In this document: piece after piece, positions 22,231 through 31,866 of the stretch
Layout of the letters: every line of letters starts with the position of its first letter
Numbering within the stretch: the first letter of the stretch is position 1
DNA from: an uncultured Chloroflexia bacterium
Lineage (GTDB): Bacteria > Chloroflexota > Limnocylindria > Limnocylindrales > CSP1-4
Assembly (NCBI GenBank): GCA_963833225.1
Contig: CAWHXD010000019.1
Location: 800,001 to 864,000, forward strand
DNA length: 64,000 nucleotides
Direction of reading: 5' to 3'
Notes under the pieces: model-generated
The model's database searches: none
What the model was told of the DNA's origin: nothing
The model's input: only the letters and a program-made list of their open reading frames with translations
Translations under genes and position numbers: made by a program

Positions 22231-24090
22231 TCAGGCGCCGCCGGCGTCCCGGGTGACGTGGCGTTCGAGGCCCTCGAGCCGGCGAGCGCCGGGGACCGTG
22301 CTGGCGAGGTGGTCCAGCACGAGCGCGGTCTGGTGGATCCGCTCCTCGATATCGAACGACGCATGGCCGGTGGCATAGGTGTACACGCGCGGCTCCACTC
22401 CCCGCGCCCGGATCCGGTCCACGTAGTTCCAGACCTGGCGGATGGGGCACCGGGAATCGTTCTCGCCGCCCAGGATCAGCAGCGGTGCCGCGACCGCATC
22501 CACATAGGTGATCGGGTTCCGTTCGCGGAACAGCGCCGGCGCCTCGGTGGGAGAGCCCCCGAACAGCGCGCGGTCCAGCGCCTGGAGCATCGGCGCCTCG
22601 TCCTCGTAGGCGGCGATGTAGTCCGCCACCGGCACGCCGGCGATCAGCGACCGCCACCGGTCGGGGTGGCGCCCCGCGCCCAGGAGCGTGATGTAGCCGC
22701 CCCACGACCAGCCCGCGAGGACGGCCCGCGACGCGTCCACCTCACCGCGTGCCACCAGATCATCAAGGCCGGCGAGGATGTCCTCGAGCTCAAGAAACCC
22801 CACGTTGCCGGTGAGCTCATCCCGCCACGCCTGGCCGAAGCCCTCGGACCCGCGGTAGTTGACCATCGCGACCAGGAACCCGGCGTCGACGTGGGCCAGG
22901 AGGTCGGGTGCCCAGCGGTCCATGTCCACGCTGTGGGGGCCACCGTGCACCCGCATCATCACGGGGTACGGACCCTCGCCCTCGGGCCGGACCAGGAACC
23001 CGTGCACGCGCTGGCCCCGCGGGTTCTGGAACCACCACGTCTCGAATGGACGACCGAGGGGCGCGGCGGGCCCGTCGGCCTCGAGCACCGGGGTCGCCGA
23101 GCCCACGGCGAGCAGCCGGGCCGGGTGCTCGCCGTCGTGGCCGCGATACCAGACCGAGCCATCCGGGCGCACGCCGGCCGCGGTGATAGAGCCCGGCGCC
23201 GTGTCGAGCACGGTCAGACCGGTGCCGTCGAGCGCGCAGCGATGCAGCCGGTGGCGGCCGGCCTCGAGGACCACGAGCAGTAGCGCGCTCCCGTCCGGCC
23301 ACCAGTCCACGCCCTCCACGGTCCCGACCAGGTCGAGGGCCAGATCCGTGACCTCGCCCGTGCGGGCATGCCACAGAGCCGGCCGGCGGTCGCCGGTCCG
23401 CTCGTGCGTGATCGCGACGCGGAGGTCCCCGGGGACCGGCGAGAAGGCGAAGGCCCCCAGCTCCAGCCCGGGGTCCCTGAGCTCGGCAAGGGTCTCCCCG
23501 CTGACCACGTCAACGGCGCGCAGCGAGGGATGCAGGACATCGCCGTCCTCCATCACCTCGAGCACCACCACCTCGTCGTCGGCCGACAGCGCGGCGCGGT
23601 CCACCGCGCCCGACATGCCAGCACCGCCCGCGACCCGCACGGGCTGCGGATGCTCGTGGAGCAGCCGGGCGTCGCCGCCGTCGTCCGAGACCCAGACCGT
23701 GAACGCGGTGTCGGTGCTGATCCCGGCCACCGTTCGCCGCTTCCCGATCGCGAGACCCTCAGGCCAGCCCGTTGGCAGGCCGGTGATCAGCGGCTCAGGG
23801 GGCGTCGCCTCGTCGAACGGCGCGACGACGTACGAGCCCGTCTCGTCGCCGGTCTCGTCCTGGAACCAGATGACGCCGGTGCCGTCCCGGGTCGGGCGGC
23901 CTTCCAGCACGCCGACGGGGTCGAACGTGACCTGGCGACGACGACCCGTCCTCCGGTCCCACGCGTGGAGCTGGTACGAGCCGCTCTCCGTGGATGCGAT
24001 GACGAGCCGCTCCGGGTCGGCGTCGGCCCAGGCGGGGAAGGACAGGATCGGGGCGCGGAACCGCCGCTCCCAGGCAGGTTGGTCGGACAT
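22231..24090 (-). CDS. S9 prolyl oligopeptidase family serine peptidase
   Basis: WERRFRAP N-terminus, VHGGPH, GWSWGG, NDSRCP, GHAS. Confidence 0.92.
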   Translation of the reverse strand: MSDQPAWERRFRAPILSFPAWADADPERLVIASTESGSYQLHAWDRRTGRRRQVTFDPVGVLEGRPTRDGTGVIWFQDETGDETGSYVVAPFDEATPPEPLITGLPTGWPEGLAIGKRRTVAGISTDTAFTVWVSDDGGDARLLHEHPQPVRVAGGAGMSGAVDRAALSADDEVVVLEVMEDGDVLHPSLRAVDVVSGETLAELRDPGLELGAFAFSPVPGDLRVAITHERTGDRRPALWHARTGEVTDLALDLVGTVEGVDWWPDGSALLLVVLEAGRHRLHRCALDGTGLTVLDTAPGSITAAGVRPDGSVWYRGHDGEHPARLLAVGSATPVLEADGPAAPLGRPFETWWFQNPRGQRVHGFLVRPEGEGPYPVMMRVHGGPHSVDMDRWAPDLLAHVDAGFLVAMVNYRGSEGFGQAWRDELTGNVGFLELEDILAGLDDLVARGEVDASRAVLAGWSWGGYITLLGAGRHPDRWRSLIAGVPVADYIAAYEDEAPMLQALDRALFGGSPTEAPALFRERNPITYVDAVAAPLLILGGENDSRCPIRQVWNYVDRIRARGVEPRVYTYATGHASFDIEERIHQTALVLDHLASTVPGARRLEGLERHVTRDAGGA

Positions 24091-24160
24091 GGGTTCGAGG
24101 GTAACGGTTGCGGCGGTCCTGGGCGACCCGTCCCGTGCCGGGGCTCCCTCAGCGGTGCAG

Positions 24161-24652
24161 TCAGCGGTCTGGGTGGCTGCGCGCCAGGCGGCGAGCCCAG
24201 GCGAGCAAGTCGACCGAGGGCAGGACATCCAGCTCGGTGAGCGGCACCCAGGCCGCGAGATCCGTGGAGCCCTCGTACTCGAGGCGCAGGTCACCACCCG
24301 TGATGATCCCACGGAAGAGGATGCCCACCGCGTGAATGCGGTGCCCGCTGATGGTCCGCGCGGGCTCCAGGACGTCGGACCAGATCCCGAGCAGCTCGCC
24401 CATCTCGGCGCCATAGCCCGTCTCCTCGTCGACCTCCCTGCAGGCCCCTGTCGTCGGGTCCTCGCCAAAGTCGAGGCCCCCGCCCGGAAGGGTCCACAGG
24501 CCGCCGCCCGGGCCGTTGGGGGAGACACGCGTCAGCAGGACGGCGTCATCCCGTTCACACCAGGCGTAGGCGGCGAGGCGCACGCGCTGGATCGTTCCAT
24601 CCGGTCCCTCGAAGTAGCGCGCCAGGTCGTGGGCAAGGTGGTCGCTCGTCAC
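24161..24652 (-). CDS. NUDIX hydrolase
   Basis: WTLPGGGLDFGEDPTTGACREVDEETG Nudix box. Confidence 0.9.
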   Translation of the reverse strand: MTSDHLAHDLARYFEGPDGTIQRVRLAAYAWCERDDAVLLTRVSPNGPGGGLWTLPGGGLDFGEDPTTGACREVDEETGYGAEMGELLGIWSDVLEPARTISGHRIHAVGILFRGIITGGDLRLEYEGSTDLAAWVPLTELDVLPSVDLLAWARRLARSHPDR

Positions 24653-24711
24653 GGGCGCATCGTCGCATGGTCGCCAGGTGCCACGCTCACAACCGCTGCG
24701 ATAATCCGGGG

Positions 24712-25680
24712 GTGACAACTGGGACTCCTCCCACCACGGAACCGGAGCGGAACCCGCTGATCATCGTTGCCGGCGAAGCCCTCGTGGACCTTATCGTCCG
24801 TCCCTCGGGCGAGATCGTCCCGGTGTGCGGCGGCGGGCCCTACAACTCGGTCCGCGCGATCGCGCGCCTCGGCATCCCGACGGCCTGGATCGGCGGCGTC
24901 TCGTCGGACCGCTTCGGGCGGATGCTGGAAGCGGGGCTGGCTGCCGACGGCGTCCGCCTGGAGCTGGCGCAGCGGACCGACAACCCCACCACCCTGGCGC
25001 TCGCCGAGCTGGGCGCCGATGGCAGCGCCGCCTACCGCTTCTACATCGAGGGCACCTCCGCTCCGGCCGTCCTGCCCGGCCCGCTTGCCGGCGGGCTGCC
25101 CGGCTCCACGCGCGCGGTCCTCACGGGAACCCTCGGGATGGTGCTCGAGCCTATGGCGACCACCCTGGAGGCGATGGTCGCGGCCCTCGCGGACGATGTC
25201 GTCCTGCTGCTGGACCCCAACGCGCGCCCGGTGATCATCCCGGACCCGCAAGCGTGGCGGGCGCGGATCCTCCGGGTCGCGGCGCGCTCGGACGTGTTCA
25301 AGGCGAGCACCGAGGACCTCGCGTTCCTGCGGCCCGGCGCATCCGTCGAGGCGGCGGCCGATTGGGTACGACGGCAGGGCCCCAGCGTCGTGCTCGTGAC
25401 CGACGGGGGCCAGCCCGTGACGATCCTGGGTGGCAACCGCGTGGAGCAGGTGCCCTCTCCGGGGGTCGACGTCGTGGACACCGTTGGCGCCGGCGACACC
25501 TTCGGCGGCACGTTCCTCGCCTGCCTGGTCCACGAGGGGATCGGACGCGCCGACTTCGCCGACATGGATGCCGTGCTCCGGGCCGCGCGGTTCGCCGTGC
25601 GCGCGTCATCAATCGTGTGCGGCCGGGCCGGCGCAAACCCGCCCACGCTCATCGAGCTGGGAGGCTGGCCCGAGGCCTGA
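24712..25680 (+). CDS. PfkB family carbohydrate kinase (fructokinase-like)
   Basis: GEALVD, GGGPYN, DPNARP, DTVGAGDTF. Confidence 0.92.
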   Translation: MTTGTPPTTEPERNPLIIVAGEALVDLIVRPSGEIVPVCGGGPYNSVRAIARLGIPTAWIGGVSSDRFGRMLEAGLAADGVRLELAQRTDNPTTLALAELGADGSAAYRFYIEGTSAPAVLPGPLAGGLPGSTRAVLTGTLGMVLEPMATTLEAMVAALADDVVLLLDPNARPVIIPDPQAWRARILRVAARSDVFKASTEDLAFLRPGASVEAAADWVRRQGPSVVLVTDGGQPVTILGGNRVEQVPSPGVDVVDTVGAGDTFGGTFLACLVHEGIGRADFADMDAVLRAARFAVRASSIVCGRAGANPPTLIELGGWPEA

Positions 25681-25724
25681 ACCCGGCCTCGGAGAGGCCG
25701 TTCGGCCCGTCTGGATCCTGTCAA

Positions 25725-25760
25725 TTCAGCATTGACTGAACGGTCAGAATTCCCTACGAT
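25725..25760 (+). promoter_or_regulatory. Sigma-70 promoter (TTGACT-N17-TACGAT) overlapped by palindrome TTCAG-N6-CTGAA
   Basis: -35 at 25732, -10 at 25755, ATG at 25768 (leaderless); palindrome 25725-25740 is the likely autoregulatory operator. Confidence 0.7.
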
Positions 25761-25767
25761 CCCAGCC

Positions 25768-26259
25768 ATGCGCAGCGAAGAGCAGGCCTTCATCGATCGC
25801 TGGTCGCGCATCCTCGGCACGGAGGGGCTCCCGCCCGTTGCGGGCCGCCTGTGGGCATGGCTGCTGATCTGCGAGCCACCCGACCAGACCGTGGACGAGA
25901 TCTCGGTCGCCATCGGCGCCAGCCGTGGAGCCATCAGCGGCGCCGTCCGCATGCTGGAGCCGTCCGGCCTCATCGTGCGGACCAAGCGGCCGGGGGATCG
26001 TCGCGAGCACTGGCGGACCTCGCCGGACGCGGTGATCCACAGCCTCGAGGCGAAGGAACGGGCGACCCGTCCCTCGCTCCGTGCCATCGACGACATCCTG
26101 CTCGCCTACGCGGATCGTTCCGAGTCGTCGCTTGAGCGGCTCCGCGAGGTCCAGCGCCTCTACGCGATGGTGCACGGGATGTTCCCGCAGCTCATCGCCC
26201 AGTTCCGGGCCGAGCGTGAGGCAGCCGCCTCCGCGAGTGTCCCGGCGCGAAAGGACTGA
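25768..26259 (+). CDS. GbsR/MarR family transcriptional regulator
   Basis: GLPPVAGRLWAWLLI...ASRGAISGAVRML...GDRR. Confidence 0.88.
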   Translation: MRSEEQAFIDRWSRILGTEGLPPVAGRLWAWLLICEPPDQTVDEISVAIGASRGAISGAVRMLEPSGLIVRTKRPGDRREHWRTSPDAVIHSLEAKERATRPSLRAIDDILLAYADRSESSLERLREVQRLYAMVHGMFPQLIAQFRAEREAAASASVPARKD

Positions 26260-26260
26260 G

Positions 26261-27175
26261 ATGCCCGCCATCATCCGCACCGAACGCCTCACCAAGAGCT
26301 ATGGGGCCAGTCGGGGAATCGTGGAGGTGGACCTCGAGGTCCAGCAGGGCGAGGTGTTCGGGTTCCTGGGACCCAACGGCGCCGGCAAGACGACCACGAT
26401 CCGCACCCTGCTTGACCTCATCCGGCCCACGTCGGGCAAGGCGTTCGTGTTCGACATCGAGTCCTCGGCGGACCCGGTTGCCATCCACAAGCGGGTTGGC
26501 TACATCCCGGGCGAGTTCGCGCTGTACGACCGCCTGAGCGGCCGCCAGACGCTCGAGTACTTCGCCAACCTGCGCGGCGGGGTCGACAAGGCCTACCAGG
26601 CGTCGCTCATCGAGCGCCTCGACCTCGATGCCGACAAGCGGTTCAAGGCGTACAGCAAGGGCAACAAGCAGAAGGTGGGCGTGATCGTCGCCCTCCAGCA
26701 CCGGCCCGAGCTGCTGTTCCTCGACGAGCCCACCTCGGGTCTCGACCCGCTCGTCCAGCAGACGTTCTTCACGATCCTGCGCGAGGCCGTGGCCGATGGC
26801 GCCTCGGTGTTCCTCTCGTCGCACATCCTGTCGGAGGTCGAGAAGAGCTGCGACCGGGTGGCGATCATCCGCGACGGACGGCTGGTCAAGGTGGACACCG
26901 TGAGCGGCCTGCGCGACCTCGCTCACCACCAGGTGGAGCTCCGCTTCTCCGGCCCGGTGCCCGCCGAGGCCTTCTCGGCGCTGCCCGGCGTGTCCGACTT
27001 CGTGTCCGAGGATCACGTCCTGCGGATGCGGGTCTCGGGACCGATCACGCCGGTCGTCCGGGCCGCCGCCCAGTACGAGCTGCTCGACTTCGTCTCCCGC
27101 GAACCCTCGCTCGAGGAGACGTTCCTCGCGCAGTACGGCCACGGGGCCGTGGAGGCGAACAGCGATGGCCGCTAG
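26261..27175 (+). CDS. ABC transporter ATP-binding protein
   Basis: GPNGAGKT, YSKGNKQK, LDEPTSGLDP. Confidence 0.93.
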   Translation: MPAIIRTERLTKSYGASRGIVEVDLEVQQGEVFGFLGPNGAGKTTTIRTLLDLIRPTSGKAFVFDIESSADPVAIHKRVGYIPGEFALYDRLSGRQTLEYFANLRGGVDKAYQASLIERLDLDADKRFKAYSKGNKQKVGVIVALQHRPELLFLDEPTSGLDPLVQQTFFTILREAVADGASVFLSSHILSEVEKSCDRVAIIRDGRLVKVDTVSGLRDLAHHQVELRFSGPVPAEAFSALPGVSDFVSEDHVLRMRVSGPITPVVRAAAQYELLDFVSREPSLEETFLAQYGHGAVEANSDGR

Positions 27176-28859
27176 CACCGGCACGCCGCGGCACGTCGCG
27201 GCGACCTTCCCGCCAATCCCGCTCCGTCGCCGGCTGTACGGCTTTGGCAGCATCTATGGCAAGACGATCCGCGACTCGCGGCTCTCGTTCATCATCGCGG
27301 CCGGCATGTTCGGTGGGCTGGCCCTGGTGTTGGGCGCGGCCATCGGGACGGTATTCCCCACGCCCGGGGTGCGGAGCGACCTGAACGCCCTTGTCGGCGG
27401 CATGCCGGCGTCGATGGTGAACCTGTTCGGCAACACCACGCTGATGGGTGGCTCCCTGGGCACGCTGGGCGGCTGGGTGACCTTCAAATACGGGGCCCTG
27501 TTTGCCCTTGGGGTGGCCGTGTGGTCGATGATGGCCCTCTCGGGGACTCTCGCCGGCGAGGCCAGCCACGGCAGCCTCGACTTCGTCGCCGCGTCTCCGT
27601 TCGGCAAGCGGCGGATCGCGCTCGAGAAGCTGGCCGCGCACCTTACCGTGGTCTGGCTGGCGCTGGCCATCCTGGCCGTCATGCTGACCATCAGCTCGAA
27701 CGCCTTCGGCGATGCCGCCATGGGCGACCCGATCCCGCTGGTCAACTCCATCGGGTTCGCCGCCTGGATCGGGGCTCTCGGCCTGTGCTTCGGCGGTCTT
27801 GCCTTTGCGCTCGCCCCGGTCCTCGGCCGGGCCGGGTCGGCCGGGATCAGCGCGCTGGTGATGATGCTGCTCTGGGTCGCGAACGGGCTGGAGGTCGGTG
27901 GGCCGCTGATCGCCATCAGCCCCTTCCACTGGGCGAACGCGCACATCCCGCTCGTCGGCCTGTTCGACTGGCCGGGCGTCCTGGCGACCGCGCTGGTCGG
28001 CGCGGTCCTCATGGTCATTGGCGTGGAGCTGTTCAACCGGCGCGATCTCGGGGTCACTGCCGGTCTCTCGCTGCCATCCCTGCCCGCCGACGTCCTCGGC
28101 GTCCGGGGGCCCATCAGCCGTGCCTTCGGCGACCAGCTGCCGCGTGCCGTCTCGTGGGGCATCGGGATGGCGATCTGGGGCGCGCTCCTGGCATCGCTCG
28201 TCGGGTCGTTCACCGACTCGATCGGCGGTGACTCCAGCCTCAATGCCATCTTCGCCCAGATCTTCCCCGGCTACGACTTCACGACCGCGGGGGCGTGGCT
28301 CCAGCTGTACGCGGAGCTGTTCCTGATCGCGGCCGGGTTCGCCGCCGCCACGTTCGTGGCCAAGTGGGCCTCGGACGAGACCAGCGGCCGGCTCGAGGTG
28401 GTGGTGCCCTCGACCCTCTCCCGCGCGAGGTGGGTTGTGACCGGTGGGATCGGCGCCCTGCTTGCCGTGGTCGTGATGACCGTGGTGTACGCGGTCGGCG
28501 TCGGGCTCGGGGCGGCGAGTGCCGCGATCCCGGCGGGCGACGCGATCCTGGGCTCGGCGTCGCTGGGCCTCGTCGCAGCGGCGTTCGTGGGGCTCGGCGT
28601 CGCGATCGGCGGCGTGTGGCGCACCTCGATCGCGGCGGAGATCACGGCGCTGTTTGTCGTGGCCACGTACCTGATCGACCTGCTGGCGCCGCCGCTGGGC
28701 CTGCCGGACTGGTTCCACCAGTTGGCGCTGACGGCCCACATGGGCGAGCCGATGATCGGAAACTGGGATCCCGTGGGCATCGTGGCCTGCGTGGTGATCG
28801 CCGTCGGCGGTATCGCGCTCGGGGCGTGGGGCATGAGCCGGCGGGACGTCGCCCGCTGA
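27165..28859 (+). CDS. ABC-2 exporter permease (internally duplicated, ~12 TM)
   Basis: Two halves with GE..G.L / DE.SGRL motifs, ending RRDL / RRDV. Confidence 0.88.
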   Translation: MAASTGTPRHVAATFPPIPLRRRLYGFGSIYGKTIRDSRLSFIIAAGMFGGLALVLGAAIGTVFPTPGVRSDLNALVGGMPASMVNLFGNTTLMGGSLGTLGGWVTFKYGALFALGVAVWSMMALSGTLAGEASHGSLDFVAASPFGKRRIALEKLAAHLTVVWLALAILAVMLTISSNAFGDAAMGDPIPLVNSIGFAAWIGALGLCFGGLAFALAPVLGRAGSAGISALVMMLLWVANGLEVGGPLIAISPFHWANAHIPLVGLFDWPGVLATALVGAVLMVIGVELFNRRDLGVTAGLSLPSLPADVLGVRGPISRAFGDQLPRAVSWGIGMAIWGALLASLVGSFTDSIGGDSSLNAIFAQIFPGYDFTTAGAWLQLYAELFLIAAGFAAATFVAKWASDETSGRLEVVVPSTLSRARWVVTGGIGALLAVVVMTVVYAVGVGLGAASAAIPAGDAILGSASLGLVAAAFVGLGVAIGGVWRTSIAAEITALFVVATYLIDLLAPPLGLPDWFHQLALTAHMGEPMIGNWDPVGIVACVVIAVGGIALGAWGMSRRDVAR

Positions 28860-28867
28860 TCGCGGCG

Positions 28868-28926
28868 CCGCGAGGCGCAGCGGAACCGGGCGCCACCGGG
28901 GCGCAGCGGAACCGGGCGCCTCGCGG
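28868..28926. repeat. 21-bp direct repeat (2 copies) enclosed by an 11-bp inverted repeat
   Basis: GGCGCAGCGGAACCGGGCGCC at 28874 and 28900; CCGCGAGGCGC...GCGCCTCGCGG flanks. Confidence 0.65.
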
Positions 28927-28952
28927 CTGTCCGGTGCCCATAGACTCGCTGG

Positions 28953-29843
28953 GTGGACTCGCTGGCGCTCGCCCTCGTGCTCGTCTCGGCGGTGATGCAC
29001 GCGTCCTGGAACATCCTGCTCAAGACCGCGGGCGACCCGCTGCGGACCGCCACGGTCGGGATGATTGCCGCGTCGCTGGTGATCGCCCCCGCTGCGGGCG
29101 TGGCATGGTGGCTGCTGGACCGGCCGCCCGTCCCGCCGGAGGGGTTCGCGGTGGGCTTCGTGTCGGGTCTCGTTGAGATCGCCTATTTCGTGTTCCTCGC
29201 GGCGGCCTACCGACGGGGCGACCTGTCCGTGGTCTACCCGCTTGCCCGAGGCACCGCGCCGCTGCTGATCGTGCTGATCGGGGTGGTCGTCCTCGGCGAA
29301 CGGCTGGCGCCGATGGCCCTCGCCGGTGTCACCGTTCTGCTCGTCGGGCTGCTGACCGTCCAGCGCCCGTGGCGGCTCCTGCGCGGGCGCCACGCCGCCG
29401 AGCGGGGCGCGGCAGTCTTCGCGCTGCTCACCGCGCTGATGATCGCGACGTATACGAGCATCGACCGGGTCGGATCGCAGCTCGTCCCTCCGTGGCTCTA
29501 CGCCGCGATCCTGTGGGTCGTCGGGGCCATCGGCCTGGCGGGGATCGAGTGGCTCCGGCCGCGGATCGCTGGCGGGGCGTTTGCGGCAACGGCGCCGCTC
29601 GACCGGCGCCGCGCCGTGCTGGCGGGGATGCTGACCCTCGGCGGATACCTGCTCGTGCTGTTCGCCCTGTCTCGGGCGCCGGTCGCGCTCGTCGGGCCGC
29701 TGCGCGAGTCGGCCGTCGTGATCACGGCCACATGGGGGGTCCTCGTCCTCCGCGAGGCCGTGACCCGGCGCGAGATCGGGCTGCGGCTCGCGGGCTCCGG
29801 CCTGGTGCTCGCGGGCGCCGCGATGCTGGCGTTCGCGCGCTGA
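28953..29843 (+). CDS. EamA/DMT family transporter
   Basis: HASWNILLK, AYRRGDLSVVYPLARG, LRES. Confidence 0.9.
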   Translation: MDSLALALVLVSAVMHASWNILLKTAGDPLRTATVGMIAASLVIAPAAGVAWWLLDRPPVPPEGFAVGFVSGLVEIAYFVFLAAAYRRGDLSVVYPLARGTAPLLIVLIGVVVLGERLAPMALAGVTVLLVGLLTVQRPWRLLRGRHAAERGAAVFALLTALMIATYTSIDRVGSQLVPPWLYAAILWVVGAIGLAGIEWLRPRIAGGAFAATAPLDRRRAVLAGMLTLGGYLLVLFALSRAPVALVGPLRESAVVITATWGVLVLREAVTRREIGLRLAGSGLVLAGAAMLAFAR

Positions 29844-29937
29844 TCCACTGCCGGTCGGCTGCCCGCGCACGGCGCCGAGCCCGGAAACCGGGCACCATTG
29901 ACACCCTCGAGCGGTGTCCCCTGCAGATGAGGTAGCC

Positions 29938-30951
29938 ATGCCCGCCCTGACCCTCGGTTACAAGGCGTCCGCCGAGCAGTTCCCGCCGCGTCGTCTCCTG
30001 GACCTCGCCGTCGCCGCCGAGAACGCCGGGTTTAATTCGGTGTGGACGAGCGACCACTTCCAGCCCTGGCGCCACACCGATGGCCACGCCCCCAACGCGC
30101 TCGTGTGGCTGGGCGCCGCCGCGGTCGCCACGTCGCGGGTCACCCTGGGCACCTCGGTGCTGACGCCGTCGTTCCGCTACAACCCGGCGGTCGTCGCGCA
30201 GGCCTTCTCCACGCTGGGCTGCCTCGCGCCCGGCCGGGTGATCCTTGGGGTTGGGACCGGCGAGTCCATGAACGAGGTCCCGGTCGGTGTGGACTGGCCC
30301 GAGCAGAAGGAGCGCTTCGCGCGTCTCCGTGAGTCCGTCACGCTCATCCAGGCGCTCAACGCTCCCGGCGCCGAGTTCGTCGACTTCAACGGCGACTTCT
30401 ATCGGACGCACGAGGCGACCGTGTACGACAAGCCCGAGCAGCCGGTGCCGATCTACATCGCCGCCTCGGGACCTGCCGCGGCCCGCCTCGCCGGACGCCT
30501 TGCCGATGGCTTCATCTGCACCTCGGGCAAGGGTCGTGAGCTGTACGTGGACACGCTGCTCCCGGCGCTGGCGGAGGGTGCCGGGAAGGCCGGTCGCGAC
30601 GCCGCATCCATGGACAAGATGATCGAGATGAAGGTGTCCTTTGACACCGACCTCGCCCGCGCGATGGAGGACACCAAGGTGTGGGCGGCGCTCGCGCTGT
30701 CGGGCGAGCAGAAGATGGGCATCCATGATCCACGCGACCTGGAGATCGCGGCCAGGGAGGCCGAGCCCTACGCCCATCGCCGATGGCTGGTCTCAGCCGA
30801 CGTCGACGAGCACCTCGAGCAGGTGGCGGAATACGTCGAGTACGGGTTCAACCACCTGGTGTTCCATTTCCCGGGAACGGACCAGGAGGCGGCGATCACC
30901 CGCTACGGCGAGCTGATCCTGCCGCGGCTGCGGGAGCGATTCGGCGGCTGA
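29938..30951 (+). CDS. fgd: F420-dependent glucose-6-phosphate dehydrogenase
   Basis: GYKASAEQF, SDHFQPWRH, GTSVLTP, GVGTGE, ICTSGKG signature. Confidence 0.9.
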   Translation: MPALTLGYKASAEQFPPRRLLDLAVAAENAGFNSVWTSDHFQPWRHTDGHAPNALVWLGAAAVATSRVTLGTSVLTPSFRYNPAVVAQAFSTLGCLAPGRVILGVGTGESMNEVPVGVDWPEQKERFARLRESVTLIQALNAPGAEFVDFNGDFYRTHEATVYDKPEQPVPIYIAASGPAAARLAGRLADGFICTSGKGRELYVDTLLPALAEGAGKAGRDAASMDKMIEMKVSFDTDLARAMEDTKVWAALALSGEQKMGIHDPRDLEIAAREAEPYAHRRWLVSADVDEHLEQVAEYVEYGFNHLVFHFPGTDQEAAITRYGELILPRLRERFGG

Positions 30952-31356
30952 CCCGCGGGCGGCTGGGGCGGGGGCCCCGTCGCGGCGACGCACGCGTCGG
31001 CGGCGCGCACGGCGGCGGCGCGCGGCGGGAGCGCGCGTTGTCCGTCAGGCAACGGTTTCGGGTTCGTGCGTCGTCGGGCGGCGGATTCGAGGTGTCGCAG
31101 TCAACGATTCCCGCCGTCGCCCGGCGATCGATGCCTGCAGGACCATGTTGTCGCCCCGCAGGTCCAACGCCGGGCCGGCGAGGGCGAAATCGGTGGCTGG
31201 AGGGCAGCGCGGCCGGTGCCCCGGCCGGTGCCCCGGCCGGAGGGCAGCCTGGCCAGAGCCAGCCCGGCCGGAACGCGGGCATCTCGAGGCGCCGCGCAAC
31301 GCCGGGCGCCCTACGATGGGGCAGCCAGATCGTGCCTCGACCCGAAGGAACGCCAG

Positions 31357-31842
31357 ATGCCCGAACCGACGCCGTTTCCCACACCCGCTGAGATCCTCGC
31401 CCAGGAGGAGCGGCTGACCCTGCCGGCGTGCTCGTATGACGACTGCCTGGCCATCGGGCGCTCCCTCCTTGATCTCGCCGAGCAGCGTGATCTCGGGATC
31501 GCGATCGAGGTCTGGCACGGGACCCGGCTGGTCTTCCGCGCGGCGCGCCCGGGAACGAACGCCAACAACGACGTGTACCTCGCGGGCAAGCGCCGGGTCG
31601 TGGACCACTTCGGCCACGCCAGCCTGTACGAGCGCCTTCGTCACGAGGCCGCTGGCACGAGCTTCGAGGCGGCGACCTCGCTCCACTTCCCGGAATATGC
31701 CCCGCACGGCGGCGGGTTCCCGCTGCTGGTCCGTGGGACGGGAAGGGTGGGTGTCGTGCTGGTCTCCGGGCTCCCGCAGCAGGATGACCACGCCCTCATC
31801 GTGGAGGCGCTCGGGGCGTACTCGAACGCGCTCGCGGGCTGA
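31357..31842 (+). CDS. UPF0303 / GlcG-HbpS heme-degrading domain protein
   Basis: PGT..ND, KRRVV.HFGHAS, HGGGFP, SGLPQQDDH. Confidence 0.85.
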   Translation: MPEPTPFPTPAEILAQEERLTLPACSYDDCLAIGRSLLDLAEQRDLGIAIEVWHGTRLVFRAARPGTNANNDVYLAGKRRVVDHFGHASLYERLRHEAAGTSFEAATSLHFPEYAPHGGGFPLLVRGTGRVGVVLVSGLPQQDDHALIVEALGAYSNALAG

Positions 31843-31866
31843 TCGGGCAACCGAGACGGCCGCCCC

